This document shows, piece by piece, positions 40,892-50,265 of a stretch of 60,265 nt of DNA. The notes below the pieces were generated by a model that saw nothing but the letters and a program-made list of their open reading frames with translations, did not search any database and had not been told where the DNA came from. The translations under genes and the position numbers were made by a program. Position 1 is the stretch's first letter. Each line of letters begins with the position of its first letter. This stretch comes from an uncultured Planctomycetales bacterium (GTDB lineage Bacteria > Omnitrophota > Gorgyraeia > Zapsychrales > JANLHA01), in NCBI GenBank assembly GCA_964595465.1, contig CAZQQI010000010.1, positions 1-60,265 on the forward strand, written 5' to 3'.

Positions 40892-42604
40892 GTGACGGGA
40901 GCGGAAATATTAGTTAAGAGCCTTGAGGATATCGGGATTAAACATATTTTTGGATATACAGGAGCGGCCATTCTTCCGGTTATGGATGAGTTAGGCAAAA
41001 GCTCTATTGAGATCATAGTTAATTCAAACGAGCAGTCTGCCGCTTTTAGCGCCGCCGGTTATTCACGATCAAGTGAGCGTGTAGGCGTGGCCATTGTTAC
41101 GTCAGGACCCGCGATTACCAATACGTTAACGGCGGTCGCGGATTCTTTTGCCGACAGCATTCCTTTGATTGTTATTGCCGGACAGGTGCCCGAACATAAA
41201 ATAGGAACTGACTCTTTTCAGCATATTGATGTTTCCAGTGTCTTCGGACCTACGGCCAAAAAAGTGGTTCTCGTCGATAAAATTGATAATATTGAATCTA
41301 TCATCAAAGATGCTTACTTTTTGGCGAAATCCGGGAAGCCGGGGCCGGTAGTTATTGATATCCCGATTAATTTACAGCAAAGTATTAATAAATATGAGGG
41401 TAATAACCTTCACAGGTTCGACTCTGTTTATAAGAACGAATGTCATTTGTCGGATGAACAGTGCGGGCAGTTTTTTCATCTTCTGACGGAAGCCAAGCGG
41501 CCGTTATTGTATTTGGGGGGCGGGTTGAATTCAAAGAGCGGAAGTGAATCGATCCGCCGGTTTAATGCTGTTTTCAATATCCCTTCAGTTAACACTCTCA
41601 TGGCAAAGGGTGTGGTGGATGAGAATGATCCGGAATCATTGGGACTCTTGGGCATGTTCGGGACGCCTTCCGCGAATAAAATTATCCAAGACAATGATTT
41701 TTTCTTTGCCATTGGTGTGCGGTGGGATGACCGTGTCGCCGAGAAAGTCGGTTTTGCGATTCACGCTAAAATCGCTTATATTGATATTAACCCTCAAAAA
41801 GTTTATCAGATACGCAATGAGCGCAATCCTGATTTTTCTTACATAGGCGACGCGAGCGGAGCGCTCAACGACTTAACGGATTACGCAGAGAAAAAAGGCA
41901 TAAAAATAAACATCAATGAATGGCGGGAACATGCGGTAAAATTAAAAAAAACATGGCCTTTGAATTATTGCCGGGACGGGAAATATATTTATCAGGCGGA
42001 GGTTCTGGATCTTCTAAGCAAGATGATTGATAAAAACACGATTGTTACCACGGGCGTGGGCAATCACCAGCTTTTAGCGGCTCAATATCTCAGGATGTCA
42101 AAACCGAAAACATTTCTAACTTCGGGAAGCTTCGGGACAATGGGATTCGGCATGCCGACAGCCGTAGGAACGTATTTTGCTAATCCCGGAGCCGCCGTTG
42201 TTGTGGTAGACGGCGACGGCAGTTTCAGGATGAATATGGGAGAACTGCATACAATAGGTTCATTAGGGCTGCCTTTGAAGATACTCCTTCTTAATAACCG
42301 GAGCGACGGCATGGTGAGAAATCTTGAAGATGCTGCCTACGGTAAACGTCATTCCGCGACAGAGAGGATATCTGATGTTAATTTTGCCGAAATTGCCAAG
42401 CACTGCCACTACAAGTTTGCAAAAAGAATAACTTTGCGGTCTGAATTATCTGAAGCGCTTAAATCTTTTATGGAAACAACAGGTCCCTGTTTACTTGAAG
42501 TCATGACGGATATTGAGGAGGTTTTATATCCGGTTGTGCGTGCGGGCTGTTCATATAAAGAGATGGATTTAGGGCCTTATATTAAGGAAATCCCCGGAGC
42601 TTAA
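40892..42604 (+). CDS. Thiamine-diphosphate enzyme of the acetolactate synthase large-subunit family
   Basis: GTG start. N-terminal GYTGAAILPV and TSGPAITNT. TPP-binding motif GSFGTMGFGMPTAVG...VDGDGSFRMN. Confidence 0.8.
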   Translation: MTGAEILVKSLEDIGIKHIFGYTGAAILPVMDELGKSSIEIIVNSNEQSAAFSAAGYSRSSERVGVAIVTSGPAITNTLTAVADSFADSIPLIVIAGQVPEHKIGTDSFQHIDVSSVFGPTAKKVVLVDKIDNIESIIKDAYFLAKSGKPGPVVIDIPINLQQSINKYEGNNLHRFDSVYKNECHLSDEQCGQFFHLLTEAKRPLLYLGGGLNSKSGSESIRRFNAVFNIPSVNTLMAKGVVDENDPESLGLLGMFGTPSANKIIQDNDFFFAIGVRWDDRVAEKVGFAIHAKIAYIDINPQKVYQIRNERNPDFSYIGDASGALNDLTDYAEKKGIKININEWREHAVKLKKTWPLNYCRDGKYIYQAEVLDLLSKMIDKNTIVTTGVGNHQLLAAQYLRMSKPKTFLTSGSFGTMGFGMPTAVGTYFANPGAAVVVVDGDGSFRMNMGELHTIGSLGLPLKILLLNNRSDGMVRNLEDAAYGKRHSATERISDVNFAEIAKHCHYKFAKRITLRSELSEALKSFMETTGPCLLEVMTDIEEVLYPVVRAGCSYKEMDLGPYIKEIPGA

Positions 42605-43006
42605 AAATTTATAATGATTTGTTCGGCAAAGGCGTGATATGACGAAAAAGCACGAATGTCCACCCTTAAGGGAAGGATATTTGCTGATTGCTTATATATC
42701 AAATATTTTGCGTTAATTCTATGCCGAAAATAGTGGATAAATCAGGATATTTTCACCGCATATTTAGCCTAGAACAATTCTCAGGTTGGATCACTTGAAT
42801 CAGCCAGCGAAGCTAACGGCGAATGAGCATGGAGAGTAAGTATCAGTGACTAGAGGGAAGCGACCTATGCTGGGCCGATTGGTACAGGAAGGAAGGGGGG
42901 CTTCATGCGTCGGCCTATTTTAAATAAAAAGGATGTGTTAGGGGTTGAAAATTTAAAGAAAAAATGCATAATGATAAAAATCATTTCATCAGTATTTTAA
43001 AAAGGT

Positions 43007-43654
43007 ATGATAATGAAAAACAGTTTTATTTCAATATTCCATGAATCACCGATCAAAATAGCGGCCCGTTTTTTTCTATACCTTTTGATGTTATTTGGAT
43101 TTACATTATCTTTGCCGAATTTTTTCATACGATATGGCATGGAATTTTTTCTGGAAAATCACACGGTAGAATGGCTGCAATTTTTTATTTTAATGATGAC
43201 CGGTATTATGTTTATCATTGGCGCCTGTTGGTTGAAAAGGTTCAGGCAGCTTTTTTTGCTATTAGCTTTGCTAACAGCGTTTACAATGGCGCGGGAACTC
43301 GACTCCCTGCTGGACAAAATAATCCCGCTGATTGGTTGGAAGGCAGGCTTCATTTTTATTTTTTATTTTTTTTGGGTGCTGTATAAAGATAAAGCGGTTT
43401 TGTCATACCAGTTAACGTCATTCTTCGGGACCAGATCGTTCGCTTTTTTGTTTTGTGGTGTTTTAGTAGCGCTGCCCTTTGCTCAATTAGTAGGAAACGG
43501 GCATTTTTTAGAGACATTAATGGGGTCTCTTTATAATAATGATTATAAACGGGTCATCGAAGAGCTTGGAGAGCTGTTTGGATATATGTTTTTTTTCATG
43601 GGATCATTAGAAGCCCTTGTTCAGATGGAAGGGTTGCCCAAGGGGCGCAGTTAG
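43007..43654 (+). CDS. Hypothetical integral membrane protein (215 aa)
   Basis: About six hydrophobic segments. No recognisable motif. Confidence 0.5.
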   Translation: MIMKNSFISIFHESPIKIAARFFLYLLMLFGFTLSLPNFFIRYGMEFFLENHTVEWLQFFILMMTGIMFIIGACWLKRFRQLFLLLALLTAFTMARELDSLLDKIIPLIGWKAGFIFIFYFFWVLYKDKAVLSYQLTSFFGTRSFAFLFCGVLVALPFAQLVGNGHFLETLMGSLYNNDYKRVIEELGELFGYMFFFMGSLEALVQMEGLPKGRS

Positions 43655-43680
43655 TCAATACGCACTAATTTTCAAGAAAA

Positions 43681-43704
43681 GGGAAGGGGGCCTGACCCCT
43701 TCCC
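43681..43704. terminator. GC-rich hairpin between convergent genes
   Basis: 9-bp perfect stem gggaagggg/ccccttccc with a 6-nt loop. T-rich on the minus-strand side. Confidence 0.5.
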
Positions 43705-43918
43705 TCTTCCCTTTCCGGCGATCTTGATGTTGCCGGACATGCCTTCGAGTGCGATTTTAAATTTTTTCTGCGGTTGCCATTGAGGTGTTTTCATAGAATC
43801 TGCTTCTTTTTTGCTGAGCTGATTCTACCTTAAAGCCGCTGATCTGTTAATGGGGTACAGTATACGTGCCTCACACGATGAATGATGAGGCGGGGATTCT
43901 TATTATTTGTGCAGTGTT

Positions 43919-44983
43919 TTATTTCTGCAGGACCGCTCCGAAAGCAGTGAATCCGGCGCCGAAGGCAAAAAGTCCGATGGCTTCATTTTCCCGCGGTTGA
44001 TCCTGCTCCAAGACCCTTTTCAGAACGAACAGAACGCTTGGCGATGACATATTGCCGTAATCCCGCAGGATCTCGCGCGAACGGAGCATGCCGCGTTCAT
44101 CCAGCTGAAGGCTGTGCGCGATCGTGTCAAGGATCTTTCGTCCCCCGGGATGGAAGGCGTAATGAGCAATACCCCTGCCGTTATCTTTACTTAATTTTCC
44201 TATGATTTCCTGAACCGCCCGGCCCGCCACGGCCGGCACATCTTTTGTCAGCACGTTACATAAGCGGTTGTCCCGGGTCTTAAATCTCAGGTCATCACGG
44301 AACTGCGGCCATAAAAGGCCCGCGGACCGTTTCAGGGCATAGCCGTCGTCTTCTTTGTGATTGCTTAATAGACATGCCGCCGCTCCGTCAGCAAAGATCG
44401 CGTTAGACAGGATCAGGCCGGTCTTCTCACCCCAGGATACGGCCGCCGTACAGATCTCAACGCAAAGCACGATCACGCGGTTTTCCGGATGCGTTGCGAG
44501 AAAGTGATCCGCGGTTTGCAGGGCCGGAAGCGCGGCGCCGCAGCCCAGGCCGGTAAGGTCCAGGGTAAAGATGTCTTCGCGGAATCCGGCGAGGCCGGCC
44601 ACATAAGACGTCAGACCGGGGCAAAGGTAGCCCGTGCAGGTGGTCACGATCAGGGCGTCGATCCGGGAGGCATCCAGCGAAAACCGCCGCAGGCATTTTT
44701 CTACTGCTTCGGCACCCAGGGCCGGAGCATAACGCTCGAACCGCGCGGCTGCCTGGTCCGGTGTTTCCTGATATAGGCGGTCGATATCCTCCACCGCGGC
44801 GTGGCGTATGCGTATGCTTGGATCGGACAGAAAACGCTGGTAAAGCGATCTTTCTGTGCGGGAGAGAGCTTGTTTGGATATGCTGTCCCAGATTTGCTGC
44901 TGGGTCAGCTGTAAAGCAGGGTTTGCGGTTTCTATACCAAGGATTTTGTTCTCACCCATGTAGACTCTTTCGTTTAAAATCAT
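43919..44983 (-). CDS. Type III polyketide synthase (chalcone/stilbene synthase family)
   Basis: Catalytic-triad contexts: TTCTGYLCPG (Cys), YAFHPGGRKIL (His), YGNMSSPSVLFVL (Asn). C-terminal FGAGFT. Confidence 0.85.
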   Translation of the reverse strand: MILNERVYMGENKILGIETANPALQLTQQQIWDSISKQALSRTERSLYQRFLSDPSIRIRHAAVEDIDRLYQETPDQAAARFERYAPALGAEAVEKCLRRFSLDASRIDALIVTTCTGYLCPGLTSYVAGLAGFREDIFTLDLTGLGCGAALPALQTADHFLATHPENRVIVLCVEICTAAVSWGEKTGLILSNAIFADGAAACLLSNHKEDDGYALKRSAGLLWPQFRDDLRFKTRDNRLCNVLTKDVPAVAGRAVQEIIGKLSKDNGRGIAHYAFHPGGRKILDTIAHSLQLDERGMLRSREILRDYGNMSSPSVLFVLKRVLEQDQPRENEAIGLFAFGAGFTAFGAVLQK

Positions 44984-46443
44984 ATTTTATGTCCCAGCGC
45001 CCGCAGGATCTGTCTGATGACAGCCGTATGCCGCCACAGCGGCGGCCTGATGCCCAGCCGGTGTCCATATTTATAGACCATTGGGATTAATGGCGAAGTG
45101 ATAGAGTTTGAGTTCATGAAGTTCAGATGTGCCTCCATGGATTCGTCCAAAAGTTCGGCCAGCCGTTCCTGGGTTATTTGCGGCGATAGATAGAAGCAGG
45201 GCTCAAGCATATTATCGTCCAGAATCCGCAGACTGCCGTCGTCCCGGGCAATGCGTTCGAGTTCTGTGCCCGGATAGACCCGTATCCCGATGTTAAAGAA
45301 GGCGGCGTCTTTGGGCTTGATATATTCAGCCGCAAAATCCAGGGTCTCTTGAACGGTTTCCTCGGTTTCCCCCGGTCCGCCTAACATAAATATCCAGAGA
45401 CAGGGGAGTTTGTGTTCGCGGATCACGCCGGCGGCGTCACGCACGTCCTGTGCGGTAAACCCTTTACGCAATCTTTTAAGGACCGGGTCTGCGGCGCTTT
45501 CCGCGGTTATCCCTATGCCTACAAAACCGGCTTTTTCCATGGCGTTCAGGAGTTCATCGTTCACAAAACGGGGATTGAGCTCCAGGCTCTGCAGACGCGC
45601 TTTGGTTTGCGCATCCGCCAGTTTTTCACAGATCGACAGCGCGTGATCATAGGGGGAGTTGAAGACATTGTCTACAAATTCAATATCCCGGAATCCGTTA
45701 CTGACGAGATTCCCAACGGCTTTGACCACGCTTTCCGGAGAAAAGAGGTGGTAGCGCCGGCCTTCGTTAATGGCATACGTGCAATAGACGCAGTCGAAAG
45801 GACAGCCGCGTTTGGTCTGCAGCGGCGCGCAAGACAGGCGGGAACGGTACGCTTTAACATCTAGCCAGCGATAGAGATCCGGCGCGGGACAGTCAGAGGA
45901 AAAATCACAGCGCGCCGGGGGATTGTTCCTGAAGGTCCCGTCTTTCAGCTGGCATACCCCCGGAATATCATCCGGTTCTCTGTTTTCGCTCAGCGCTTGG
46001 ATCAGTTGGGGGAAGGCAATTTCCCCGTTACCGGCCACGCCCAGTGACAGGCCGGTGTAGCGCAGAATGTCTTCGGGCATGACGCCCATGGCCGCGCCGC
46101 CCAGAATAATGGGGCAGTCAATCTCCCGGCGGATGGCGGTGGTAACCGGGAGGATTTCTTGATAAAAGGCTTCGGGCTGCTGCATATCATTATTATCGAT
46201 GTTGCGCAGCGACAGGCCGATGACATCCGGACGGCTTTGTTTAACAGCCGCGGTTGCCGCCGCGGCGGAGCCGGTTTTAAACATAAGGTCCAGGAACGTT
46301 ACGGAATGCCCGGCTTGTTCGGCTGCCTCAGCGATGATGCAGGCTCCGTAGGGCATGACAGCCATCGGCTGTTGGCAGCGGTTCGTGGATATGATAAGAA
46401 TGTTCATGTCTGCGGTCTCAGTCTGGTTTATAGGCGGATTCAT
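44980..46443 (-). CDS. B12-binding-domain radical SAM enzyme
   Basis: N-terminal Rossmann-like B12-binding-type region, then a KRGCPFDCVYCTY CX3CX2C cluster. Its stop overlaps the PKS start by 4 nt. Confidence 0.8.
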   Translation of the reverse strand: MNPPINQTETADMNILIISTNRCQQPMAVMPYGACIIAEAAEQAGHSVTFLDLMFKTGSAAAATAAVKQSRPDVIGLSLRNIDNNDMQQPEAFYQEILPVTTAIRREIDCPIILGGAAMGVMPEDILRYTGLSLGVAGNGEIAFPQLIQALSENREPDDIPGVCQLKDGTFRNNPPARCDFSSDCPAPDLYRWLDVKAYRSRLSCAPLQTKRGCPFDCVYCTYAINEGRRYHLFSPESVVKAVGNLVSNGFRDIEFVDNVFNSPYDHALSICEKLADAQTKARLQSLELNPRFVNDELLNAMEKAGFVGIGITAESAADPVLKRLRKGFTAQDVRDAAGVIREHKLPCLWIFMLGGPGETEETVQETLDFAAEYIKPKDAAFFNIGIRVYPGTELERIARDDGSLRILDDNMLEPCFYLSPQITQERLAELLDESMEAHLNFMNSNSITSPLIPMVYKYGHRLGIRPPLWRHTAVIRQILRALGHKI

Positions 46444-46597
46444 TGAGAAGCGATCCTTTTATATATAACAGAATCTGCCAAGTCAGGCACGGTTTAATTT
46501 GGTAATGGTCCTGGGCTGAAATGCGGGATATTTCTAAAGCATAACGATGAAAACGAGGAGGATGACAATTTGTGTATTTTCTTTACAATACGTATAT

Positions 46598-46798
46598 GTG
46601 CATAGCTACGAGGATGCCGCGCTGTCGGCTATGATCTGCGCGAGTATTCATTTTGAGGTGGCTATCGCGATCGCGGCGGTGCTGTTCGGGTTTTCTTTGG
46701 GAGCCGCTTTGGTGATAGTGGTCAGGGGGTTGATCTAAGGGCCTGTTATGCTGATGCTGGTGCGGATCTGTCTTAAGACCAGGCATTGGTTTGAATAG
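46598..46798 (+). pseudogene. 5'-truncated remnant of a second ACR3 gene with an internal stop
   Basis: [63 protein letters not shown] parallels the C-terminus of 36521-37690. A TAA replaces the Glu codon. Confidence 0.8.
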
Positions 46799-46808
46799 AA
46801 AGGAACGT

Positions 46809-46968
46809 ATGATGAAGAAAAGGGTTTTATTTGTCTGTATTCACAGCTGGCTTTCCTGATCCCTCGTCTTTTGAAGGAACGCCTGAGGAAAAGTTGGAGA
46901 AGACCAGAGAAGTGAGGGATATGATCAGGGCCGGGCTGCAGGAATGGGTGCGTGATCATCGCTTGTAA
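46809..46968 (+). pseudogene. Internally deleted, frameshifted arsC remnant
   Basis: MMKKRVLFVCIHS is joined directly to GFPDPSSFEGTPEEKLEKTREVRDMI...* in another frame. Compare the intact arsC at 37704-38126. Confidence 0.75.
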
Positions 46969-47325
46969 GGGGGTATATCATCATTCCCCTTCGGCGTTTT
47001 CCGCGACACAATAGATTCTAATGCCATTTGGTTGTTGCAAATGGTGGGCAGCTTGGTCTTTTTCGAAAAATAATAAAAAATTAATAATTGTGGCAATTAC
47101 GGCAAAAAGAGAGTATACTTACGCCATAGTTTAATGAGATCGATAAGTCCTGCCTTTCAGCTGACCGCGTTATTTCCTTGTTAATTCGACAATACCGCCC
47201 CGATTTATCTATCTTGGTTTTTTCCCTGTCATGGGACGGCTCTCACATAATGAGATAAAAGGTGATTTCGGCCGCCTTGAACGGGAATAGATAAAAAATA
47301 TTCAATAAATAAAAAAGAGGATGTT

Positions 47326-48639
47326 ATGAGTACAAAGAATGAAGGATTTTACCATCTGGGTTTGGCCCCGGATATTTTAACCATTTTACAGAAATTGAAG
47401 TTTGTGGAGCCGACCGCGATCCAGAAACAGGCGATCCCGCTGGCGTTGACCGGTAAGGATATTATGGGAGTTGCCCAGACCGGAACCGGCAAGACCATGG
47501 CCTTCGGGATCCCGACAGTCCAGCGTCTGGCGGCAGACGGCGGGCAGGCTGTTATTCTGGTCCCGACCCGCGAGTTGGCGATCCAGGTCAGTGACGCCCT
47601 GGAGCCATTGCTTAAGCCGTTTCAGATGAAAAGTGCTGTTCTGATCGGCGGCATCGATATCCGCATGCATTTTCGTGATATCAAAAAGAACCCGGATGTG
47701 ATCATTGCTACCCCAGGACGTTTGAACGACCTGATCTACCGCGGGGTGATCGATTTCGCTAAAGTCAAAGTCGCGGTGCTGGATGAAGCCGACCGCATGC
47801 TGGACATGGGGTTTGAACCCCAGGTCAAAAGTATTCTGCGCTGTCTGCCCCGGGGACGGCAGACGATGCTGTTTTCCGCGACGATGCCGCAGGAGATCCT
47901 GAAGCTGGCAACAAAATATATGGAATTGCCCATTACGATCGAGATCGCGCCGTCAGGAACCACAGTGGAAGAAGTTTCGCAGGAGCTGTTCATTGTGAAA
48001 GAATCACGCAAAAAGGAGGCCCTGCAGCTGCTTCTTCAGAAATATTGCGGAACGGTACTGGTTTTTACTCGTACCAAGCGCAAGGCCTCGCGTGTAGCTA
48101 AGGATATCCGCGCTATGGGTGTTAAAGGAGCCGAGATCCATTCCGATCGGTCGATGAGCCAGCGCGCTAACGCCATTGAGGGGTTTAAGCGCGGACGGCA
48201 TCGCGTTCTGGTGGCCACGGACATCGCCGCCAGGGGGATTGATGTCAGTATGATCGAGCTGGTGGTGAATTATGACCTGCCGGATGATACGGAAAATTAT
48301 ATTCATCGTATCGGCCGGACTGGACGGGCAGGGGAGACCGGGCATTCTGTGACCATGGCTACTCCAACGCAAAGTCAGGATGTTCGCAGGATTGAGAATA
48401 TGATCAAAATGAGCCTGCCGAGAACCCGGCATGAAAAATTTTCAGATGCCAAGTTTGTTAAACCGGATGCTTCATCATCCGGCCGGTCCGGACAGCGCCG
48501 TTCATTCGGGGGGTCAAAGGGCAGGTCTCAGGGCGGGAGCAAAAGATCCGGTCCCAAAGGCTCTGCGTCAAAGAGCCGGCGTCCGGGAAGAGGCGGGTCA
48601 CGCTCAAAATCCAAACGGTCTTCAAAGCCGTCGGCATAG
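47326..48639 (+). CDS. DEAD-box ATP-dependent RNA helicase with a basic C-terminal tail
   Basis: Q-motif region, AQTGTGKT (I), PTRELA (Ia), DEAD (II), SAT (III), HRIGRTGRAG (VI), and an R/S/G/K-rich tail. Confidence 0.95.
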   Translation: MSTKNEGFYHLGLAPDILTILQKLKFVEPTAIQKQAIPLALTGKDIMGVAQTGTGKTMAFGIPTVQRLAADGGQAVILVPTRELAIQVSDALEPLLKPFQMKSAVLIGGIDIRMHFRDIKKNPDVIIATPGRLNDLIYRGVIDFAKVKVAVLDEADRMLDMGFEPQVKSILRCLPRGRQTMLFSATMPQEILKLATKYMELPITIEIAPSGTTVEEVSQELFIVKESRKKEALQLLLQKYCGTVLVFTRTKRKASRVAKDIRAMGVKGAEIHSDRSMSQRANAIEGFKRGRHRVLVATDIAARGIDVSMIELVVNYDLPDDTENYIHRIGRTGRAGETGHSVTMATPTQSQDVRRIENMIKMSLPRTRHEKFSDAKFVKPDASSSGRSGQRRSFGGSKGRSQGGSKRSGPKGSASKSRRPGRGGSRSKSKRSSKPSA

Positions 48640-49118
48640 CAGCTTTCCAGAATATCCACCCATAAAATTGAGACCTGTAAGATCAGGCCGGGACGTTGTC
48701 GTTCCGGCGGCCAATTTTTTAGAGACCATGCCGCTGTGGGGATGATCCCTTCAATATGACCGCGGAGAGGGGCAATGACAGCGAGGTCCTAGGTGACGTC
48801 GCCGATGTTGGAATGTCCCACGATCAGAATGTTATCTGCCATAAGGTTTCCGCAAAGATATGGATAAAGCTGTTCGGATGGATAACGGAATAAACCCGTG
48901 GCAATCAATTTATTACGGATTAAAATCCTCAACAAGCGATATTTCAGATCGCTTTGCAAAAATTCTGTCCGGAGACTTATGTTTCAATTACAATTCAGAA
49001 ATTTAGTAGAAATAGGTTAGGAATTACCTGAAACGTCATCATCGCGTGCGGCCTGGATTTGTTAAGCTGTAATCAAAGATAAGGAACGACAGGCAGACAA
49101 GGAACAAAGGGGGATCTG

Positions 49119-49784
49119 ATGGGCCGTACTGATGAGCAGATAAAAAAAGATATTACAGATGATTTGTATTGGGACACGCGTATTGAAGCCTCCAAGATCA
49201 AAGTTGCGGTAAATGACGGCGTGGTCGAACTATCCGGAGAGGTCCCCACCTACAGCGAACTTACCGTTGCCCGTTATGTGCCCTGGCGGATCAAAGGGGT
49301 TATTGATGTGGTTGATAAAATCTCTGTTAACAATACAGTTTCTCCGGACATGCCTTCGGACGAGGAGATCAAGTCCTGGATCGAGAACATTATGTCCTGG
49401 AAACCAGCGATCGATGAGTCGGCGGTCCAGGTATCGGTCAACGGCGGTGTTGTGACGCTTGAGGGGAGTGTTGATCAGTTATGGAAGAAGACCTTTCTTG
49501 AGTCCAGGATATCAGGACTCAAAGGAATTCTGAAGATCGAAAATAAGCTTGCTGTCGCGCGGACAGAAAGCATCAGCGATGAATTTATTAGAAAAAGTGT
49601 GATGGCTTCTCTTGACCGTGATGCGTTGGTGGATGTGGAAAATGTTACGGCAGAGGTCGATAACGGGGTTGTCCGGCTGTCGGGTAACGTGCGTGATTGG
49701 AGCGCGAAGCAGTCCGCCCGTCTGGATGCTGAGCGCACGCCCGGGGTCATCGATATCCGGGATGATCTGAAAATTGCGGTATAA
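49119..49784 (+). CDS. BON-domain protein (three BON repeats, OsmY-like)
   Basis: Three repeats of the pattern I.V.V.(N/D)G.V.LSG.V. Confidence 0.75.
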   Translation: MGRTDEQIKKDITDDLYWDTRIEASKIKVAVNDGVVELSGEVPTYSELTVARYVPWRIKGVIDVVDKISVNNTVSPDMPSDEEIKSWIENIMSWKPAIDESAVQVSVNGGVVTLEGSVDQLWKKTFLESRISGLKGILKIENKLAVARTESISDEFIRKSVMASLDRDALVDVENVTAEVDNGVVRLSGNVRDWSAKQSARLDAERTPGVIDIRDDLKIAV

Positions 49785-49809
49785 ATGAATTTAAGGAAAG
49801 GAGACGGGT

Positions 49810-50214
49810 ATGTTCTGGATCGATTTTTTGTTCATAGTGATATTTGCATTTATTTTAAGCAGTATCCTGACATGGGGGTTCGGCTGGCGGCATCCGGCGC
49901 GGCGTGATGCGTCAGGCGCCGCAGTTCTTTTTGCTTTTTTGGTATTGTTTTTGGCGATGTGGGCGGGCGGAGCCTGGCTGGCACCGGTGGGCCCGGTTTT
50001 TTACGGTTCCTCCTGGCTGGGGTTTATGATGATCGGCATATTTGTGGTACTGCTGATCCTGGCCGTGGCGGCTCCGGAAAGACGTCCGCCGACATCAGTG
50101 GAGGCCGAAAGGGAGGCCGAAGAGACAGCAGCGGTTGCTGTGGTTTTCGGTGTTTTTTTCTGGATCCTGATCATGGCCCTGATGATCACCGGCCTGATCG
50201 CACTGTTTGCCTAA
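49810..50214 (+). CDS. Small integral membrane protein (134 aa)
   Basis: Four hydrophobic helices. Lies 26 nt after the BON gene with a GGAGA RBS. Confidence 0.5.
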   Translation: MFWIDFLFIVIFAFILSSILTWGFGWRHPARRDASGAAVLFAFLVLFLAMWAGGAWLAPVGPVFYGSSWLGFMMIGIFVVLLILAVAAPERRPPTSVEAEREAEETAAVAVVFGVFFWILIMALMITGLIALFA

Positions 50215-50265
50215 CGGCGCGCCGGGTTCTGCCGGCCGTCTTCTGATCTTAAAAGAAAGGACACA

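Noticed and set aside
43694-43800. Minus-strand mini-ORF MKTPQWQPQKKFKIALEGMSGNIKIAG..., possibly an IS3-type OrfA HTH remnant.
   Set aside because: Only about 20 residues of loose resemblance. It is mentioned as context for the PKS islet but not annotated as a feature.
46547-46738. The track ORF of 63 aa treated as a real small membrane protein.
   Set aside because: Its sequence is the C-terminal part of an ACR3 paralogue that ends at a nonsense codon, so it was annotated as a pseudogene instead.
48745-48850. Minus-strand fragment MADNILIVGHSNIGDVT*DLAVIAPLRGHIEG, possibly a gene remnant with an in-frame TAG.
   Set aside because: Too short, and I recognise no family. It may be intergenic noise downstream of the DEAD-box gene.
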